From: Herminiimonas sp.
GTDB lineage: Bacteria > Pseudomonadota > Gammaproteobacteria > Burkholderiales > Burkholderiaceae_D
Assembly: GCA_028292665.1 (NCBI GenBank)
Contig: JAQGLW010000074.1
Coordinates: forward strand, 314 to 64,313
DNA length: 64,000 bases
Direction: 5' to 3'
The notes under the pieces: generated by a model
Told to the model about the DNA's origin: nothing
What the model saw: only the letters and a program-made list of their open reading frames with translations
The model's database searches: none
Made by a program: the position numbers and the translations under genes
Shown: positions 28,774 through 40,005 of the stretch, one piece after another
Numbering within the stretch: the stretch's first letter is position 1
Layout: each line of letters begins with the position of its first letter

Positions 28774-31109
28774 GCTTTCTCCACGGCGACTGAACCGAAC
28801 ATCGAACCGAGCGCCTTGGTCGAAACATGCGCGGTTGCCACGCGCACCACGCTGTCCGGCAATGCGCTGTCGACAGCTGCCGTCAAAACGGCGCTGCCCT
28901 CGCCTTGCATGACCCTCAACTGCGCGCCGTCGGCCACACCGAGTTTTTGCGACAATGCAGTCGATATCCAGACCTTCGGTTGCGCGGCATCGCTCGTCTT
29001 TTGCAACGGCTCGGAGCGCCGTACGATCGCATCGGTCGAATAGATCGGCACGTCGGCAATGCGTTCCAGTTGATGTCCGGTTCCGCTGGCCATGAACAAT
29101 TGCGGCTGAAGACCGGCGACATTATTCAAGCGAGCAGTCAGATCGGCGTCGCTTGGCGTTGCCGTTCCGAGAACTTCGGTACGGATTGCTTCGGACGTTT
29201 CGTAATCGAATCCCGGCAGTTCCAGCAAATTACCCAGCACACGCAACACCTTCCAGGCCGGGCGTGCTTCCCCCGACGGTTTGACGGTACCGTTGAAACT
29301 TTGCGCACGGCCTTCGCAATTGACAAACGTGCCGGCAGTTTCCGAGAACGGTGCTATAGGCAACAGCACATCGGCATAGTCCATCCCGTGCTTGTAAGCT
29401 GACATTGCAACCACCATCCCGGCTTGATCCAGCGCAGCGCGCGCGGTTTGCGGATCATGGCAATCCAGTTCCGGTTCGGCATTCAACAGCAGATAAGCTT
29501 TGCGCGGCTGATCAAAAAATTGCAATGCGTTGGCGCCATTGGCTGGGAGCGCGTTTGCCAGATAGCCGCCGACGGTGTTTGCCGCCTCGGTCAGATAACC
29601 GAACCTTGCATCCGTATGCTGCGCAATCCACTGCGCAGCCGCATGCAATTCCGATGCTTGCGGATGCTGTGCGGCTGCATTGCCGAGCAAGACCGCTTTC
29701 GGTTCGCCGGACAACAGGCTGGCGGCGGTTTGCTTCGCTTCCGCCGATGGCACGATATGTTCAAAACCGGCCGGAGCGGAAATATTTTTCGCCTGCGCGA
29801 CGGCGGCGATCACTTCGCCAAGCGCGGAAAGCCATGCCGACGGCGCCTTGATCATCTTGTTGGCGACCGGCATCAACAAGTCATCATCGGTCGCATGCAG
29901 AATGCTTATTTTTGCGCCGCGCTTGACCGCCTGGCGCAGACGCGCGGCCAGCAGCGGATGATCCTTGCGCAGGAAAGAGCCGATCACGAATGCGCGCTTC
30001 AATTGGCCGAATTCGGCAATCGACATGCCCAGCCATGGCGTGACCTGGCCATCCAGCGCAAAGTCGGACTGGCGCAGACGAAAATCGACATTCTCCGATC
30101 CGAAGCCGCGCACGAGTTTCTGCAACAGCGCCAGTTCTTCCAGCGTCGAATACGGTGTCGCCAGCGCGGCAATCGCATCCGCGCCATGCTCGTGCCTGAT
30201 GTTGCGCAGGCCGTGCGCAACATATTCCAGTGCGGTCTGCCAATCGATTTCCTGCCACTTTCCATCCTGCTTGATCATCGGCGTCGTCAGACGTTCTTCG
30301 CTGTTCAAGCCTTCGTACGAAAAGCGATCCTTGTCCGAAAGCCAGCATTCATTGACGGCTTCGTTCTCCAGCGGGAGGACGCGCATGACCTTGCTGCCCT
30401 TGACCTGGACAATCAGATTGGAACCCAGGCCGTCATGCGGGCTGACGGACTTGCGGCGCGACAGCTCCCAGGTGCGGGCTTTATAGCGGAACGGCTTGGA
30501 CGTCAATGCACCCACAGGACACAGATCGATCATGTTGCCGGACAATTCCGAATCGACGGTCTTGCCTACGAACGACGTGATTTCCGCGTGTTCGCCGCGT
30601 CCCAGCATGCCGAACTCCATCACGCCGGCTATCTCCTGGCCGAAACGTACGCAGCGCGTGCAGTGAATGCAGCGGCTCATCTCTTTCATCGAAATCAGCG
30701 GCCCGGCGTCCTTGGGCACGACGACACGCTTTTCTTCCTCGTAACGGGAAGAAGACGCGCCGTAGCCGACCGCCAGATCCTGCAGCTGGCATTCGCCGCC
30801 CTGATCGCAAATCGGACAATCGAGCGGATGATTGATCAACAGGAATTCCATCACGCCTTTTTGCGCCTTGACCGCCTTGTCGCTGCTGGAGCGCACGATC
30901 ATGCCGGCGGTCACCGGGGTCGCGCATGCAGGCAACGGCTTGGGAGCCTTCTCGACTTCGACCAGACACATGCGGCAGTTGGCCGCAATGGATAATTTTT
31001 TGTGATAGCAGAAATGCGGGATATACGTGCCGAGTTTATTGGCAGCATCCATTACCATGCTGCCCTCTTGCACCTCGACTTTTTTGCCGTCTATTTCAAT
31101 TTCGACCAT
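28770..31109 (-). CDS. nuoG: NADH-quinone oxidoreductase subunit G
   Basis: The internal ATG gives [36 protein letters not shown]..., with 2Fe-2S and 4Fe-4S Cys clusters. The track ORF extends to 31199. Confidence 0.95.
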   Translation of the reverse strand: MVEIEIDGKKVEVQEGSMVMDAANKLGTYIPHFCYHKKLSIAANCRMCLVEVEKAPKPLPACATPVTAGMIVRSSSDKAVKAQKGVMEFLLINHPLDCPICDQGGECQLQDLAVGYGASSSRYEEEKRVVVPKDAGPLISMKEMSRCIHCTRCVRFGQEIAGVMEFGMLGRGEHAEITSFVGKTVDSELSGNMIDLCPVGALTSKPFRYKARTWELSRRKSVSPHDGLGSNLIVQVKGSKVMRVLPLENEAVNECWLSDKDRFSYEGLNSEERLTTPMIKQDGKWQEIDWQTALEYVAHGLRNIRHEHGADAIAALATPYSTLEELALLQKLVRGFGSENVDFRLRQSDFALDGQVTPWLGMSIAEFGQLKRAFVIGSFLRKDHPLLAARLRQAVKRGAKISILHATDDDLLMPVANKMIKAPSAWLSALGEVIAAVAQAKNISAPAGFEHIVPSAEAKQTAASLLSGEPKAVLLGNAAAQHPQASELHAAAQWIAQHTDARFGYLTEAANTVGGYLANALPANGANALQFFDQPRKAYLLLNAEPELDCHDPQTARAALDQAGMVVAMSAYKHGMDYADVLLPIAPFSETAGTFVNCEGRAQSFNGTVKPSGEARPAWKVLRVLGNLLELPGFDYETSEAIRTEVLGTATPSDADLTARLNNVAGLQPQLFMASGTGHQLERIADVPIYSTDAIVRRSEPLQKTSDAAQPKVWISTALSQKLGVADGAQLRVMQGEGSAVLTAAVDSALPDSVVRVATAHVSTKALGSMFGSVAVEKA

Positions 31110-31174
31110 GGCTCTGTTTTGCCTCGATTGCGCGGGCGGAAAAGCGAAGCGCCTTCCGCCACACATTTGCTTTA

Positions 31175-32470
31175 CTAAACGTAAGCGGGCACCAAGCACC
31201 GCTTGTGCTCGATGTGATATTCAAATTCTTCAGTAAAATTCTTGATCATCGCTCGCACCGGCATTGCGGCCGCATCGCCGAGCGCGCAGATCGTGCGGCC
31301 CTGGATATTGTCGGCAATCGAATTCAGCATGTCCAGATCGTCGGAACGGCCCTGGCCGTGCTCGATCCGGTGCACCATCCTATACAGCCAGCCGGTGCCT
31401 TCGCGGCATGGCGTGCATTGGCCGCAGGACTCTTCGTAATAAAAGTACGACAGGCGCAACAGCGATCTGACCATGCAACGCGTTTCATCCATCACGATTA
31501 CCGCGCCGGAACCCAGCATCGAACCGGCTTTGGCGATCGAGTCGTAATCCATATCGGTCGCCATCATCACATCGCCGGTCAACACCGGCATCGACGAACC
31601 GCCGGGAATGACCGCCTTGATTTTCTTGCCGTCGCGCATGCCGCCTGCCAGCTCCAGCAGTTTGGCGAAGGGCGTGCCCAGCGGCACTTCATAGTTGCCC
31701 GGCTTTGCGACATCGCCCGACATCGAAAAAATCTTGGTGCCGCCGTTGTTCGGCTTGCCCAATGCCGCATACGCTTCCCCGCCCATCTTGAAAACGAACG
31801 GGACGGCGGCAAACGTCTCGGTGTTGTTGATCGTGGTCGGTTTGCCATACAGGCCGAAACTGGCCGGAAACGGCGGCTTGAAACGCGGCTGACCTTTTTT
31901 GCCTTCAAGCGACTCGAGCAACGCAGTCTCTTCGCCGCAGATATAAGCGCCGTATCCGTGGAATGCATGCAGCTGGAAATTGAATTCGCTGCCCATGATC
32001 CGGTCGCCGAGGAGACCGGCGGCGCGCGCTTCTTCCAGCGCTTCTTCGAAGCGCTCGTAATCGGCCCAGATTTCGCCGTGGATATAGTTGTAGCCGACAG
32101 TGATGCCCATCGCATAGGCGCCGATGGCCATGCCTTCGATCAGCGCATGCGGGTTGTAGCGGATGATGTCACGATCCTTGAATGTCCCCGGCTCGCCTTC
32201 ATCCGAATTGCAGACGAGGTATTTTTGTCCAGGGAACTGGCGCGGCATGAAGCTCCATTTCAAACCGGTCGGAAAGCCTGCGCCGCCGCGTCCGCGCAAC
32301 GAGGATGCCTTCAATTCCGCGACGACTTGTTCCGGTGTGATCTTGTCGTTAAGAATGCGTTTCAACGACTCGTATCCGCCGCGTTTGACGTAGTCGGCCA
32401 GGCGCCAGTTCCGGCCGTCGAGATCCGCCAGAATCAGCGGATTGATATGACGATTGTGCAAGCTGGTCAT
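31175..32470 (-). CDS. nuoF: NADH-quinone oxidoreductase subunit F
   Basis: The internal ATG gives [14 protein letters not shown].... [10 protein letters not shown] (FMN/NADH site) and the [10 protein letters not shown] cluster are present. The start abuts the nuoE stop. Confidence 0.95.
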   Translation of the reverse strand: MTSLHNRHINPLILADLDGRNWRLADYVKRGGYESLKRILNDKITPEQVVAELKASSLRGRGGAGFPTGLKWSFMPRQFPGQKYLVCNSDEGEPGTFKDRDIIRYNPHALIEGMAIGAYAMGITVGYNYIHGEIWADYERFEEALEEARAAGLLGDRIMGSEFNFQLHAFHGYGAYICGEETALLESLEGKKGQPRFKPPFPASFGLYGKPTTINNTETFAAVPFVFKMGGEAYAALGKPNNGGTKIFSMSGDVAKPGNYEVPLGTPFAKLLELAGGMRDGKKIKAVIPGGSSMPVLTGDVMMATDMDYDSIAKAGSMLGSGAVIVMDETRCMVRSLLRLSYFYYEESCGQCTPCREGTGWLYRMVHRIEHGQGRSDDLDMLNSIADNIQGRTICALGDAAAMPVRAMIKNFTEEFEYHIEHKRCLVPAYV

Positions 32471-32946
32471 TTTTTCAGTTCCTCCACCAGTGCATCGATC
32501 TTGTCGTTCGACATCCAGCTGCACATGCGCTTGTTGTTTACCAACAGGACGGGTGCATCGCCGCACGCGCCCATGCACTCGCCTTCCATCAGCGTGAACT
32601 GGCCGTCCGAGGTGGTTTCCCGGTAATCGATGCCGAGCTTGTGCTTCAGGTAGTGGGCGGCTTTTTCACCGCCGGACAACGCGCATGGCAGGTTGGTGCA
32701 AATCGTGATCTTGTTCTTGCCGACAGGAGTGACGTTATACATCGCGTAAAACGTGGCGACCTCCTGCACCGCGATCGCCGGCATGCCGAGATAATCGGCA
32801 ACTTCCTGCATCACTTCAGGCGCGAGCCAGCCCTTTTCGTCCTGGGCAATGGCGAGTGCAGCCATCACGGCGGACTGCTTTTGATCCGCAGGGAATTTCG
32901 CGATTTCACGATCGATTTTTTTGTACGCTTGCTCTGATAACAGCAT
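32467..32946 (-). CDS. nuoE: NADH-quinone oxidoreductase subunit E
   Basis: 159 aa with 2Fe-2S ligands (CTNLPC...CMGAC). Confidence 0.95.
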   Translation of the reverse strand: MLLSEQAYKKIDREIAKFPADQKQSAVMAALAIAQDEKGWLAPEVMQEVADYLGMPAIAVQEVATFYAMYNVTPVGKNKITICTNLPCALSGGEKAAHYLKHKLGIDYRETTSDGQFTLMEGECMGACGDAPVLLVNNKRMCSWMSNDKIDALVEELKK

Positions 32947-32988
32947 TATCTATGCCTCGAATATTGACTCGCTTCAGCAGCAGTCAAC

Positions 32989-34242
32989 CTATCTGTCAAT
33001 TTCGCCAAACACAATGTCCTGCGTGCCGATGATCGTTACCGCATCGGCAATCATGTGGCCTTTTGCCATTTCATTCAATCCCTGCAAATGCGGAAATCCG
33101 GGCGCGCGAATCTTCAAGCGATACGGCTTGTTGGCGCCGTCCGAAATCATGTAGATGCCGAACTCACCCTTCGGATGCTCAACTGCCGCATACGCTTCGC
33201 CAGGCGGCACATGGAAGCCTTCAGTGAACAGCTTGAAGTGGTGAATCAGCTCTTCCATGTTGGACTTCATATCCACGCGTGACGGCGGCGCGATCTTGTG
33301 GTTGTCGATCATCACGGGACCGGGATTGTTGCGAAGCCATTCGATGCACTGCTTGATGATTCCGTTGGACTGGCGCATCTCCTCGACCCGCACCAGATAA
33401 CGATCGTAGCAGTCGCCATTGACGCCGATCGGAATATCGAAGTCGAGCAGATCATAGACTTCGTACGGTTGTTTCTTGCGCAGATCCCACTCGATACCCG
33501 AGCCGCGCAGCATCGGGCCGGTAAAGCCCATCGCTTTCGCACGCTCGGGCGACACCACGCCGATACCGACCAGGCGCTGTTTCCATATCCGGTTATCGGT
33601 CAACAGGGTTTCATACTCGTCGACGTAAGTCGGAAACCGATTGGTGAAATCTTCAATGAAGTCGAGCAGAGAACCCTGACGGTTTTCGTTAAGCTGCTTG
33701 ATCGCCTTGGCATTGCGTACGATCGATGCATTATGCTTCGGCATCGCATCCGGCAAATCGCGGTAGACGCCGCCCGGCCGATAATACGCCGCATGCAACC
33801 GGGCGCCGGAGACTGCTTCGTAGCAATCCATCAGATCTTCACGCTCGCGGAATGCGTACAGAAACACGCCCATCGCACCGACGTCCAGCGCATGTGCGCC
33901 GAGCCATAACAAATGATTCAGCAGCCGTGTGATTTCGTCAAACATCACGCGGATATATTGCGCGCGCAACGGCACTTCAATACCCAGCAGCTTCTCGATC
34001 GCCATCACATAAGCATGCTCGTTACACATCATCGACACGTAATCGAGACGGTCCATATACGGCACGGACTGCAGATAGGTTTTTTGCTCGGCCAGCTTTT
34101 CCGTCGCACGATGCAGCAACCCGATATGGGGATCCGCGCGCTGGATCACCTCGCCGTCGAGCTCGAGCACGAGACGCAACACGCCGTGCGCAGCCGGATG
34201 CTGCGGACCGAAGTTCAGTGTGTAATTCTTGATTTCAGCCAT
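32989..34242 (-). CDS. nuoD: NADH-quinone oxidoreductase subunit D
   Basis: 417 aa, [24 protein letters not shown].... Confidence 0.97.
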   Translation of the reverse strand: MAEIKNYTLNFGPQHPAAHGVLRLVLELDGEVIQRADPHIGLLHRATEKLAEQKTYLQSVPYMDRLDYVSMMCNEHAYVMAIEKLLGIEVPLRAQYIRVMFDEITRLLNHLLWLGAHALDVGAMGVFLYAFREREDLMDCYEAVSGARLHAAYYRPGGVYRDLPDAMPKHNASIVRNAKAIKQLNENRQGSLLDFIEDFTNRFPTYVDEYETLLTDNRIWKQRLVGIGVVSPERAKAMGFTGPMLRGSGIEWDLRKKQPYEVYDLLDFDIPIGVNGDCYDRYLVRVEEMRQSNGIIKQCIEWLRNNPGPVMIDNHKIAPPSRVDMKSNMEELIHHFKLFTEGFHVPPGEAYAAVEHPKGEFGIYMISDGANKPYRLKIRAPGFPHLQGLNEMAKGHMIADAVTIIGTQDIVFGEIDR

Positions 34243-34838
34243 TATTTCATCCCGTATTTTTCTTCACGGATCACACGCGGCACATTTTCACGCGGCTCGA
34301 TCGTCACGGGTTGGTAAATGACCCGCTTCTGCTCGGGATCGTAACGCATCTCGACATAGCCGGTCACCGGGAAATCCTTTCGGAACGGATGACCGATAAA
34401 ACCGTAGTCGGTCAAAATGCGGCGCAGGTCGTTGTGGCCGTCGAACAGAATACCGAAGAAATCGAAAGCTTCGCGTTCATACCAGTCCGCACTCGACCAG
34501 ATATTCGCCACCGAAGCCACCAGGGGCATCTCATCGTCAGGCGCAAATACGCGAACCCGCACGCGCCAGTTATGCGCCATCGACAGCAAGTGCGACACGA
34601 CACCGAAACGGGCTCCGTCCCATGCGCCATCGCCATAGGTTGAATAATCCACGCCGCACAGATCGATCAATTCCTCAAACCGCAAATCGGCGTGATCGCG
34701 CAACACGCGCATCGCCGACAGATAATCGGCGGCTTTGATCACGATGGTGATTTCGCCCAATGCAACAGTCATGGCCTGAATATGATCGCCGAGCGCATTG
34801 CGCAGGGCTGCTTCAAGCGATTCAAGTTTCGTCGTCAT
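34242..34838 (-). CDS. nuoC: NADH-quinone oxidoreductase subunit C
   Basis: 198 aa, ...[29 protein letters not shown].... Confidence 0.95.
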   Translation of the reverse strand: MTTKLESLEAALRNALGDHIQAMTVALGEITIVIKAADYLSAMRVLRDHADLRFEELIDLCGVDYSTYGDGAWDGARFGVVSHLLSMAHNWRVRVRVFAPDDEMPLVASVANIWSSADWYEREAFDFFGILFDGHNDLRRILTDYGFIGHPFRKDFPVTGYVEMRYDPEQKRVIYQPVTIEPRENVPRVIREEKYGMK

Positions 34839-34858
34839 ATCTTTTATCGGCCGCCCTG

Positions 34859-35335
34859 TTAGCGTGCAATCGTATTGGTACGCTTGATCTTGTTCTGCAA
34901 CTGCATGATCCCGTAGAGCAGCGCTTCGGCGGTTGGCGGACAGCCCGGCACGTAAATATCAACCGGAACGATACGGTCGCATCCGCGCACGACCGAATAG
35001 GAATAATGATAATAGCCGCCGCCGTTGGCACAGGAACCCATCGAGATTACCCAGCGCGGCTCCGCCATCTGGTCATACACTTTGCGCAGCGCCGGCGCCA
35101 TCTTGTTGCACAAGGTGCCTGCCACGATCATCACATCGGACTGGCGCGGCGATGGGCGGAACACAACACCGAAGCGGTCGAGGTCGTAACGCGAGGCGCC
35201 CGCATGCATCATTTCCACCGCGCAGCAGGCCAGGCCGAACGTCATCGGCCACATCGAGCCGGTACGCGTCCAGTTGATCAGCTTGTCCGCTGTGGTGGTG
35301 ACAAAACCTTCATTCAATACGCCTTCAATTGCCAT
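34859..35335 (-). CDS. nuoB: NADH-quinone oxidoreductase subunit B
   Basis: 158 aa, ...[11 protein letters not shown]...GCPP.... Confidence 0.97.
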   Translation of the reverse strand: MAIEGVLNEGFVTTTADKLINWTRTGSMWPMTFGLACCAVEMMHAGASRYDLDRFGVVFRPSPRQSDVMIVAGTLCNKMAPALRKVYDQMAEPRWVISMGSCANGGGYYHYSYSVVRGCDRIVPVDIYVPGCPPTAEALLYGIMQLQNKIKRTNTIAR

Positions 35336-35338
35336 GGC

Positions 35339-35698
35339 TTATTCCCAATCAAGGGCACCTTTCTTCCAGATGTACCAAAATCCGACCACGAATTCGGCGA
35401 TAAACACCAGCATCGTCACGAAACCGGCCCAGCCAAGCTCGCGCATTGCGACGCCCCAAGGAAAGAAAAAAGCGGTTTCCAGATCGAACAAAATGAACAG
35501 AATCGCAACCAGGTAGTAGCGAACATCAAATTTCATGCGTGCATCTTCGAATGCTTCGAAACCGCACTCGTAGGGCGAATTCTTCTCAACATCCGGCTTG
35601 TGCGGAGCGATTAAACGGCCCAATACCTGCGGAGCGACGCCGACACCGATACCGACCAGAATAAAGAGAAGAACAGGAAAGTAATTTTCGAGGTTCAC
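35339..35698 (-). CDS. nuoA: NADH-quinone oxidoreductase subunit A
   Basis: GTG at 35698 gives (M)[15 protein letters not shown]..., 119 aa, which is the usual NuoA length. The track ORF starts at a TTG (35725). The start is uncertain. Confidence 0.9.
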   Translation of the reverse strand: MNLENYFPVLLFILVGIGVGVAPQVLGRLIAPHKPDVEKNSPYECGFEAFEDARMKFDVRYYLVAILFILFDLETAFFFPWGVAMRELGWAGFVTMLVFIAEFVVGFWYIWKKGALDWE

Positions 35699-35761
35699 GA
35701 TTACTCGCAATATGTTGAGGGACAAGTCGATTGGTTCAATGACTCAAAGACAATTTCTCGA

Positions 35762-35796
35762 CAAAAAGCCAGCGTAGGCATGTCCTTTGCTGGCTT
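35762..35796 (-). terminator. rho-independent terminator after tRNA-Leu
   Basis: The minus-strand RNA has an AAGCCAGC...GCUGGCUU stem followed by UUUUUGU. Confidence 0.55.
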
Positions 35797-35805
35797 ATTA
35801 TTATT

Positions 35806-35890
35806 TGGTGCCGACGGCGAGACTCGAACTCGCACAGCTTTCGCCACTACCCCCTCAAGATAGCGTGTCTACCAATTTCACCACGTCGGC
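35806..35890 (-). tRNA. tRNA-Leu (anticodon GAG)
   Basis: GCCGACGTGGTGAAATTGGTAGACACGCTATCTTGAGGGGGTAGTGGCGAAAGCTGTGCGAGTTCGAGTCTCGCCGTCGGCACCA. It has a long variable arm, anticodon loop TTGAGGG and an encoded CCA. Confidence 0.95.
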
Positions 35891-35901
35891 ATAAGCCCTA
35901 T

Positions 35902-35931
35902 ATTTTAACCTGTTTTAGCTTTTTTGTTCAA
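35902..35931 (-). promoter_or_regulatory. putative sigma-70 promoter of tRNA-Leu
   Basis: The minus strand carries TTGAAC, an 18-nt spacer and TAAAAT. The -10 element ends 11 nt upstream of the mature tRNA 5' end. Confidence 0.45.
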
Positions 35932-35976
35932 CGCACAATTGAGTTGGCACAAGGAGCACAAGAGCTAAACGATTTA

Positions 35977-36396
35977 CTATTTCGGGATTTGATTCGATTG
36001 GCCCGCGTTGCCGCCGGCAGCACCCGGGGCAGGTGCGTTTGCAGCCGGCGCAGAGGGAGTCGGAGCAGGAGCCGCCGGTGCCGATCCATTAACGGTAGCG
36101 GGTGCCGGAGCGGAAGCGGCGGGCAGCTTGTCCATCACACCGCCACTGCCGGTTGCCGGACGATTGCCTAGAAAAGCCAATCCCAAGGTGGCGCCGAAAA
36201 AGATTGCAGCGGCAACGCCTGTTGATTTGGACAGGAAGTTGGAAGATCCGGTCGCGCCGAACAGGCTGCCGGATGCGCCAGAGCCAAACGCGGCTCCCAT
36301 GTCGGCGCCCTTGCCGTGCTGCAGCAGGACGAGACCGATAATCGTCAAGGCGGACAGCACCTGAATAACGATGATGATGGTAAGCGTAGTGTTCAT
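35977..36396 (-). CDS. secG: preprotein translocase subunit SecG
   Basis: MNTTLTIIIVIQVLSALTIIGLVLLQHGKGADMGAAFGSGASGSLFG... with a low-complexity Ala/Pro tail. It follows tpiA, the conserved order. Confidence 0.92.
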   Translation of the reverse strand: MNTTLTIIIVIQVLSALTIIGLVLLQHGKGADMGAAFGSGASGSLFGATGSSNFLSKSTGVAAAIFFGATLGLAFLGNRPATGSGGVMDKLPAASAPAPATVNGSAPAAPAPTPSAPAANAPAPGAAGGNAGQSNQIPK

Positions 36397-36438
36397 TTAA
36401 TTAATTTCCAGTCTTGGTTAATTCTTTAATCACGGCCT

Positions 36439-37185
36439 TCATGCGGCTCTGATGATTGCGAGGAAATCCGGCGCCTTGAGCGCCGCACCGCCGATCAGGC
36501 CGCCATCGATGTCGGGCATTGCCAGCAATTCTTTCGCATTGTCGGGCTTCATGCTGCCGCCGTATAAAATCCGCACCCCAGCGGCTGCCGCCGTGTTCTT
36601 TGCCGCCAGTGCCGCGCGCAAGATCGCATGCACTTCCTGCGCCATTTGCGGCGTCGCGGTCTTGCCTGTGCCGATAGCCCAAACCGGCTCATAAGCAATC
36701 ACAATGTTCGCCAGAGCCTCGGTATCGACGGCCGCCAGCACTGCATCAATCTGTTGTCCGACGACCCGGCCGGTTTGCTCCGCTTCACGCTCTGCCAATG
36801 TCTCGCCGACGCAAACAATAGGCGTCAGCCCCGCTTTCAACGCACGAAGCATCTTTTGTGCAACGAGCTCATTGGTCTCCGCATGATACGCGCGACGCTC
36901 GGAATGGCCGACGATGACGTATTGACAGCCAAAATCGCGCAGCATCGATGCCGCCACTTCGCCGGTGTATGCGCCCGATTCATGCGCGGATAAGTCCTGT
37001 CCGCCCCACGCAATCGTACTGCCGGACAACGCCGCCTGGCATTGGGCGAAATACGGCGCCGGCGCGCATACGGCTACATCACAGGCCGGCTCTCCGAGTT
37101 CGGCCTTGATGCCGGCGAGCAAAGCGGCGTTGGCCGCGAGGCTGCCATTCATTTTCCAGTTACCGGCGATGAGTTTACGACGCAT
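36439..37185 (-). CDS. tpiA: triose-phosphate isomerase
   Basis: 248 aa with [24 protein letters not shown] and GGSMKP motifs. Confidence 0.97.
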   Translation of the reverse strand: MRRKLIAGNWKMNGSLAANAALLAGIKAELGEPACDVAVCAPAPYFAQCQAALSGSTIAWGGQDLSAHESGAYTGEVAASMLRDFGCQYVIVGHSERRAYHAETNELVAQKMLRALKAGLTPIVCVGETLAEREAEQTGRVVGQQIDAVLAAVDTEALANIVIAYEPVWAIGTGKTATPQMAQEVHAILRAALAAKNTAAAAGVRILYGGSMKPDNAKELLAMPDIDGGLIGGAALKAPDFLAIIRAA

Positions 37186-37375
37186 AAGGGCCTAAAATTT
37201 CAATAACCCGTCATTTTAGCGCGCCGCAGCAATGATGGTCAAACTACCGGCTGCGGAGACGTCGATTTCCGGTGAGTTTTTGGCATGCTCACTGGTTGAG
37301 CCGGTCATCCGACGATACGGTAAAAATCTTTCGATTTCTATCAGGAAAAACACCTGTTCCCGGTGCCCGGAAATA

Positions 37376-38356
37376 TCAGACCACTTTGAGCATGATTTTG
37401 CCTACATGCGTGCTGGCCTCCATCAGTGCATGCGCCTGCGCGGCCTGTTCAAGTGGAAAGGTCTGGTAAATAACCGGCTTGATTTTGCCGGATTCAAGCA
37501 AAGGCCATACATGCTCGCGCAACCTGGCAGCAATCTGCGCTTTGAATGCGACCGGTCGCGGACGCAATGTCGAACCGGTAATCGTCAAGCGCCGACGCAA
37601 AATCTGTCCTAAATCGGCGCTCGCTTTTGCACCGCCGAGCAGAGCGATCAACACTAGACGCCCGTCGTCAGCGAGACAGCGCAGTTCGCGCGAAACATAG
37701 TCGCCGCCGACCATGTCGAGAATCACATCCACGCCTTTGCCGCCTGTGGCCGCCTTGACGACCTCGGCAAAATCCTCGGTCCGATAATTGATTCCGCGTT
37801 CGGCACCCAATGCTTCGCATGATCGGCACTTCTCATCGGAACCGGCTGTCGCAAATACTCTGTGCCCGAGCGCCTTCGCAAGTTGAATTGCGGTCACGCC
37901 GATACCCGATGTGCCGCCTTGCACCAGCAAGGTTTCCGCACCTGACAGATGGACCCGGTCGAATACGTTGCTCCATACTGTGAAAAAAGTCTCAGGCAAA
38001 GAAGCGGCTTCGATTGCGCTCAAACCTTTTGGCAGCGGCAGACACTGCTCGACAGGCGCGGCGCAATATTCTGCATAACCGCCGCCCTGCACCAGCGCGC
38101 AAACCATATCGCCTTTTTTGAAAGAGGTGCCCGCCAGGTCGCCGTCGACAATTTCACCCGCCACTTCCAGCCCCGGCAAATCCGATGCGCCGGCCGGCAC
38201 CGGGTAATTGCCGGTTCGCTGCAATACATCCGGCCGGTTCACCCCGGCGGCATGAACTTTAATCAGTACCTCGCCGGGCTTCAGCGCGGGCATGGGACGT
38301 TCGCAGAGCTGCAGTACATCGGGCGCGCCGGGATGGGTTATCTCAATAGCTTTCAT
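37376..38356 (-). CDS. NAD(P)H:quinone oxidoreductase (MDR/zeta-crystallin family)
   Basis: 326 aa, ...VHAAGVNRPDVLQRTGNYP...GGTSGIGVTAIQLAK.... Confidence 0.88.
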   Translation of the reverse strand: MKAIEITHPGAPDVLQLCERPMPALKPGEVLIKVHAAGVNRPDVLQRTGNYPVPAGASDLPGLEVAGEIVDGDLAGTSFKKGDMVCALVQGGGYAEYCAAPVEQCLPLPKGLSAIEAASLPETFFTVWSNVFDRVHLSGAETLLVQGGTSGIGVTAIQLAKALGHRVFATAGSDEKCRSCEALGAERGINYRTEDFAEVVKAATGGKGVDVILDMVGGDYVSRELRCLADDGRLVLIALLGGAKASADLGQILRRRLTITGSTLRPRPVAFKAQIAARLREHVWPLLESGKIKPVIYQTFPLEQAAQAHALMEASTHVGKIMLKVV

Positions 38357-38466
38357 GGGAAATCCGTTTGAAAAAAATATTGTATAGGGATTCTGCGAAA
38401 TTTTTTGCTTGTCCTTGGAGGCGCTTGCAGGCCTGACACTGGACTTGAGGCTGCAACAACGTGGTG

Positions 38467-39774
38467 CTACGTCAACTCCTCGGATCTTCTTTTTCTGACC
38501 TTGCCGGTTGTTTGTTGATCCATGCCATCATCCGGACTCACTATGATTCGCGCATTCCGCTTGAACGTGAAATAAGCCCACGCCCAATCCGTCATCACCA
38601 TCAGCCGGCTGCGGAAACCGATCAGAAAATAAATATGCACGAATAGCCAGAACAGCCATGCCGGAAAGCCGGAAAATTTGATCTTGCCTACCATTGCGAC
38701 TGCAGCCTTGCGCCCGATGGTGGCCAGCGCACCATAATCATGGTATCGGAATATCTCCGTTTTTTCATTCCTGACAAGGCGCAAAATATTACGCGCCGCA
38801 GTGCGTCCCATCTGCTTGGCCGCAGGCGACACGCCCGGCACAGGCTTGCCTTGGGATGTGATTGCCGCCAGGTCGCCGATGACGAAAATTTCCGGATGGC
38901 CCGGAACCGTTAAATCCGGTTCGACCGGCACCCGGCCTGCACGATCGAGCGGTACGCCAAGAGACTGTCCTAATGGCGATGCTGCAACACCGGCGGACCA
39001 GATCACCGTCTTCGACAATAATTGCTCATCGCCGCTTGCAGTGGAAAACGTCACGCGCTCTTCGTCAATTCCGGTCACACGGCAGCCGGTGCGCACCTCG
39101 ACACCCAGCTTCGTCAATTGTTTTCGCGCTTTCTCGGATAGATCCGGCGGATAAGAAGGCAATACCCGATCAGCCCCTTCCACCAGCACCACTCGCGCTT
39201 TCCGCGAATCGATACGGCGGAATTCGCCATGCAAGGTATGCCGCGCGATCTCGGCCAATGTGCCTGCCATCTCGACACCGGTAGCTCCCGCCCCGATGAC
39301 AGTGAAAGTGAGCCATGCGGAACGCTTGATAATATCCATCTCGCGTTCGGCATACTCGAAGGCCATCAGTATCCTGCGCCGGATTTCGAATGCATCTCCC
39401 AGGGTTTTCAATCCGGGCGCTACATCGGCCCATTCATCATGCCCGAAATAACTATGCGTCGAACCGGTCGCGACAACCAGATAGTCATAAGCAATTTCGC
39501 TGCGATCGTTGAGTACTGCCACACGGCGCCCGGGATCTATTCCCGACACTGACGCCATCACCGTGGTCAGATTGCGCTGACTGGCGAGAATGTGCCGGAT
39601 CGGTGCGGCAATTGCCGGCGCCGACAGGCCGGCAGTCGCAACCTGATACAGCAAAGGCTGGAAAAGATGATGGTTGCTGCGATCGATCAACGTGATCCGC
39701 ACATCGGCGGAAGCCAATTCGCGCGCAGCCGACAGGCCGCCGAAGCCGCACCCGAGAATAACGATATGAATCAT
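38467..39774 (-). CDS. ndh: type II NADH dehydrogenase (NDH-2)
   Basis: 435 aa, MIHIVILGCGFGGLSAA...HHLFQPLLYQVATAGL..., with a second dinucleotide fold (TVIGAGATGVE). Confidence 0.9.
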   Translation of the reverse strand: MIHIVILGCGFGGLSAARELASADVRITLIDRSNHHLFQPLLYQVATAGLSAPAIAAPIRHILASQRNLTTVMASVSGIDPGRRVAVLNDRSEIAYDYLVVATGSTHSYFGHDEWADVAPGLKTLGDAFEIRRRILMAFEYAEREMDIIKRSAWLTFTVIGAGATGVEMAGTLAEIARHTLHGEFRRIDSRKARVVLVEGADRVLPSYPPDLSEKARKQLTKLGVEVRTGCRVTGIDEERVTFSTASGDEQLLSKTVIWSAGVAASPLGQSLGVPLDRAGRVPVEPDLTVPGHPEIFVIGDLAAITSQGKPVPGVSPAAKQMGRTAARNILRLVRNEKTEIFRYHDYGALATIGRKAAVAMVGKIKFSGFPAWLFWLFVHIYFLIGFRSRLMVMTDWAWAYFTFKRNARIIVSPDDGMDQQTTGKVRKRRSEELT

Positions 39775-39937
39775 AGGAAGAAGCTGCAGGCGCCTGTCTG
39801 GTCAAGGAAAAATCGATACACCAATTCAGCATGCATAGTCAACATGATAACCCAAGCACTGATTTTTTTTGGTTTGCCTCCGCTCGATGTCTACCTGATG
39901 GGCCGGGTGCGGCCTTTTGCGAGACTCAGGCCGACAT

Positions 39938-39975
39938 AAAAAAACCGCCCGGACTTTCGCCTCAAGCGGTTTTTA
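39938..39975 (-). terminator. rho-independent terminator after pnp
   Basis: The minus-strand RNA has an AAAACCGC...GCGG stem followed by 7 U. The stem is short and the loop long. Confidence 0.5.
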
Positions 39976-40005
39976 ATCCAGGCTGAAACAGCCGGACTTG
40001 TTACA

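Noticed and set aside
29424-32626. Two long plus-strand ORFs (523 aa and 566 aa) opposite nuoG and nuoF
   Set aside because: Antisense shadow ORFs with Arg/Ala-rich repetitive composition and no motifs. The real genes on the minus strand carry the Fe-S and FMN motifs.
35944-35960. TGGCAC-N5-GCACA, a sigma-54-like sequence on the plus strand
   Set aside because: The -12 element does not match TTGC(A/T), and no plus-strand gene lies downstream.
39901-39918. GGCCG-ggtg-CGGCC followed by TTTT on the plus strand, in the ndh-pnp spacer, considered as the terminator of a small RNA
   Set aside because: No upstream plus-strand promoter or gene could be identified by eye. The 115-aa plus-strand ORF ending there is antisense-like and featureless. 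Evidence is insufficient.
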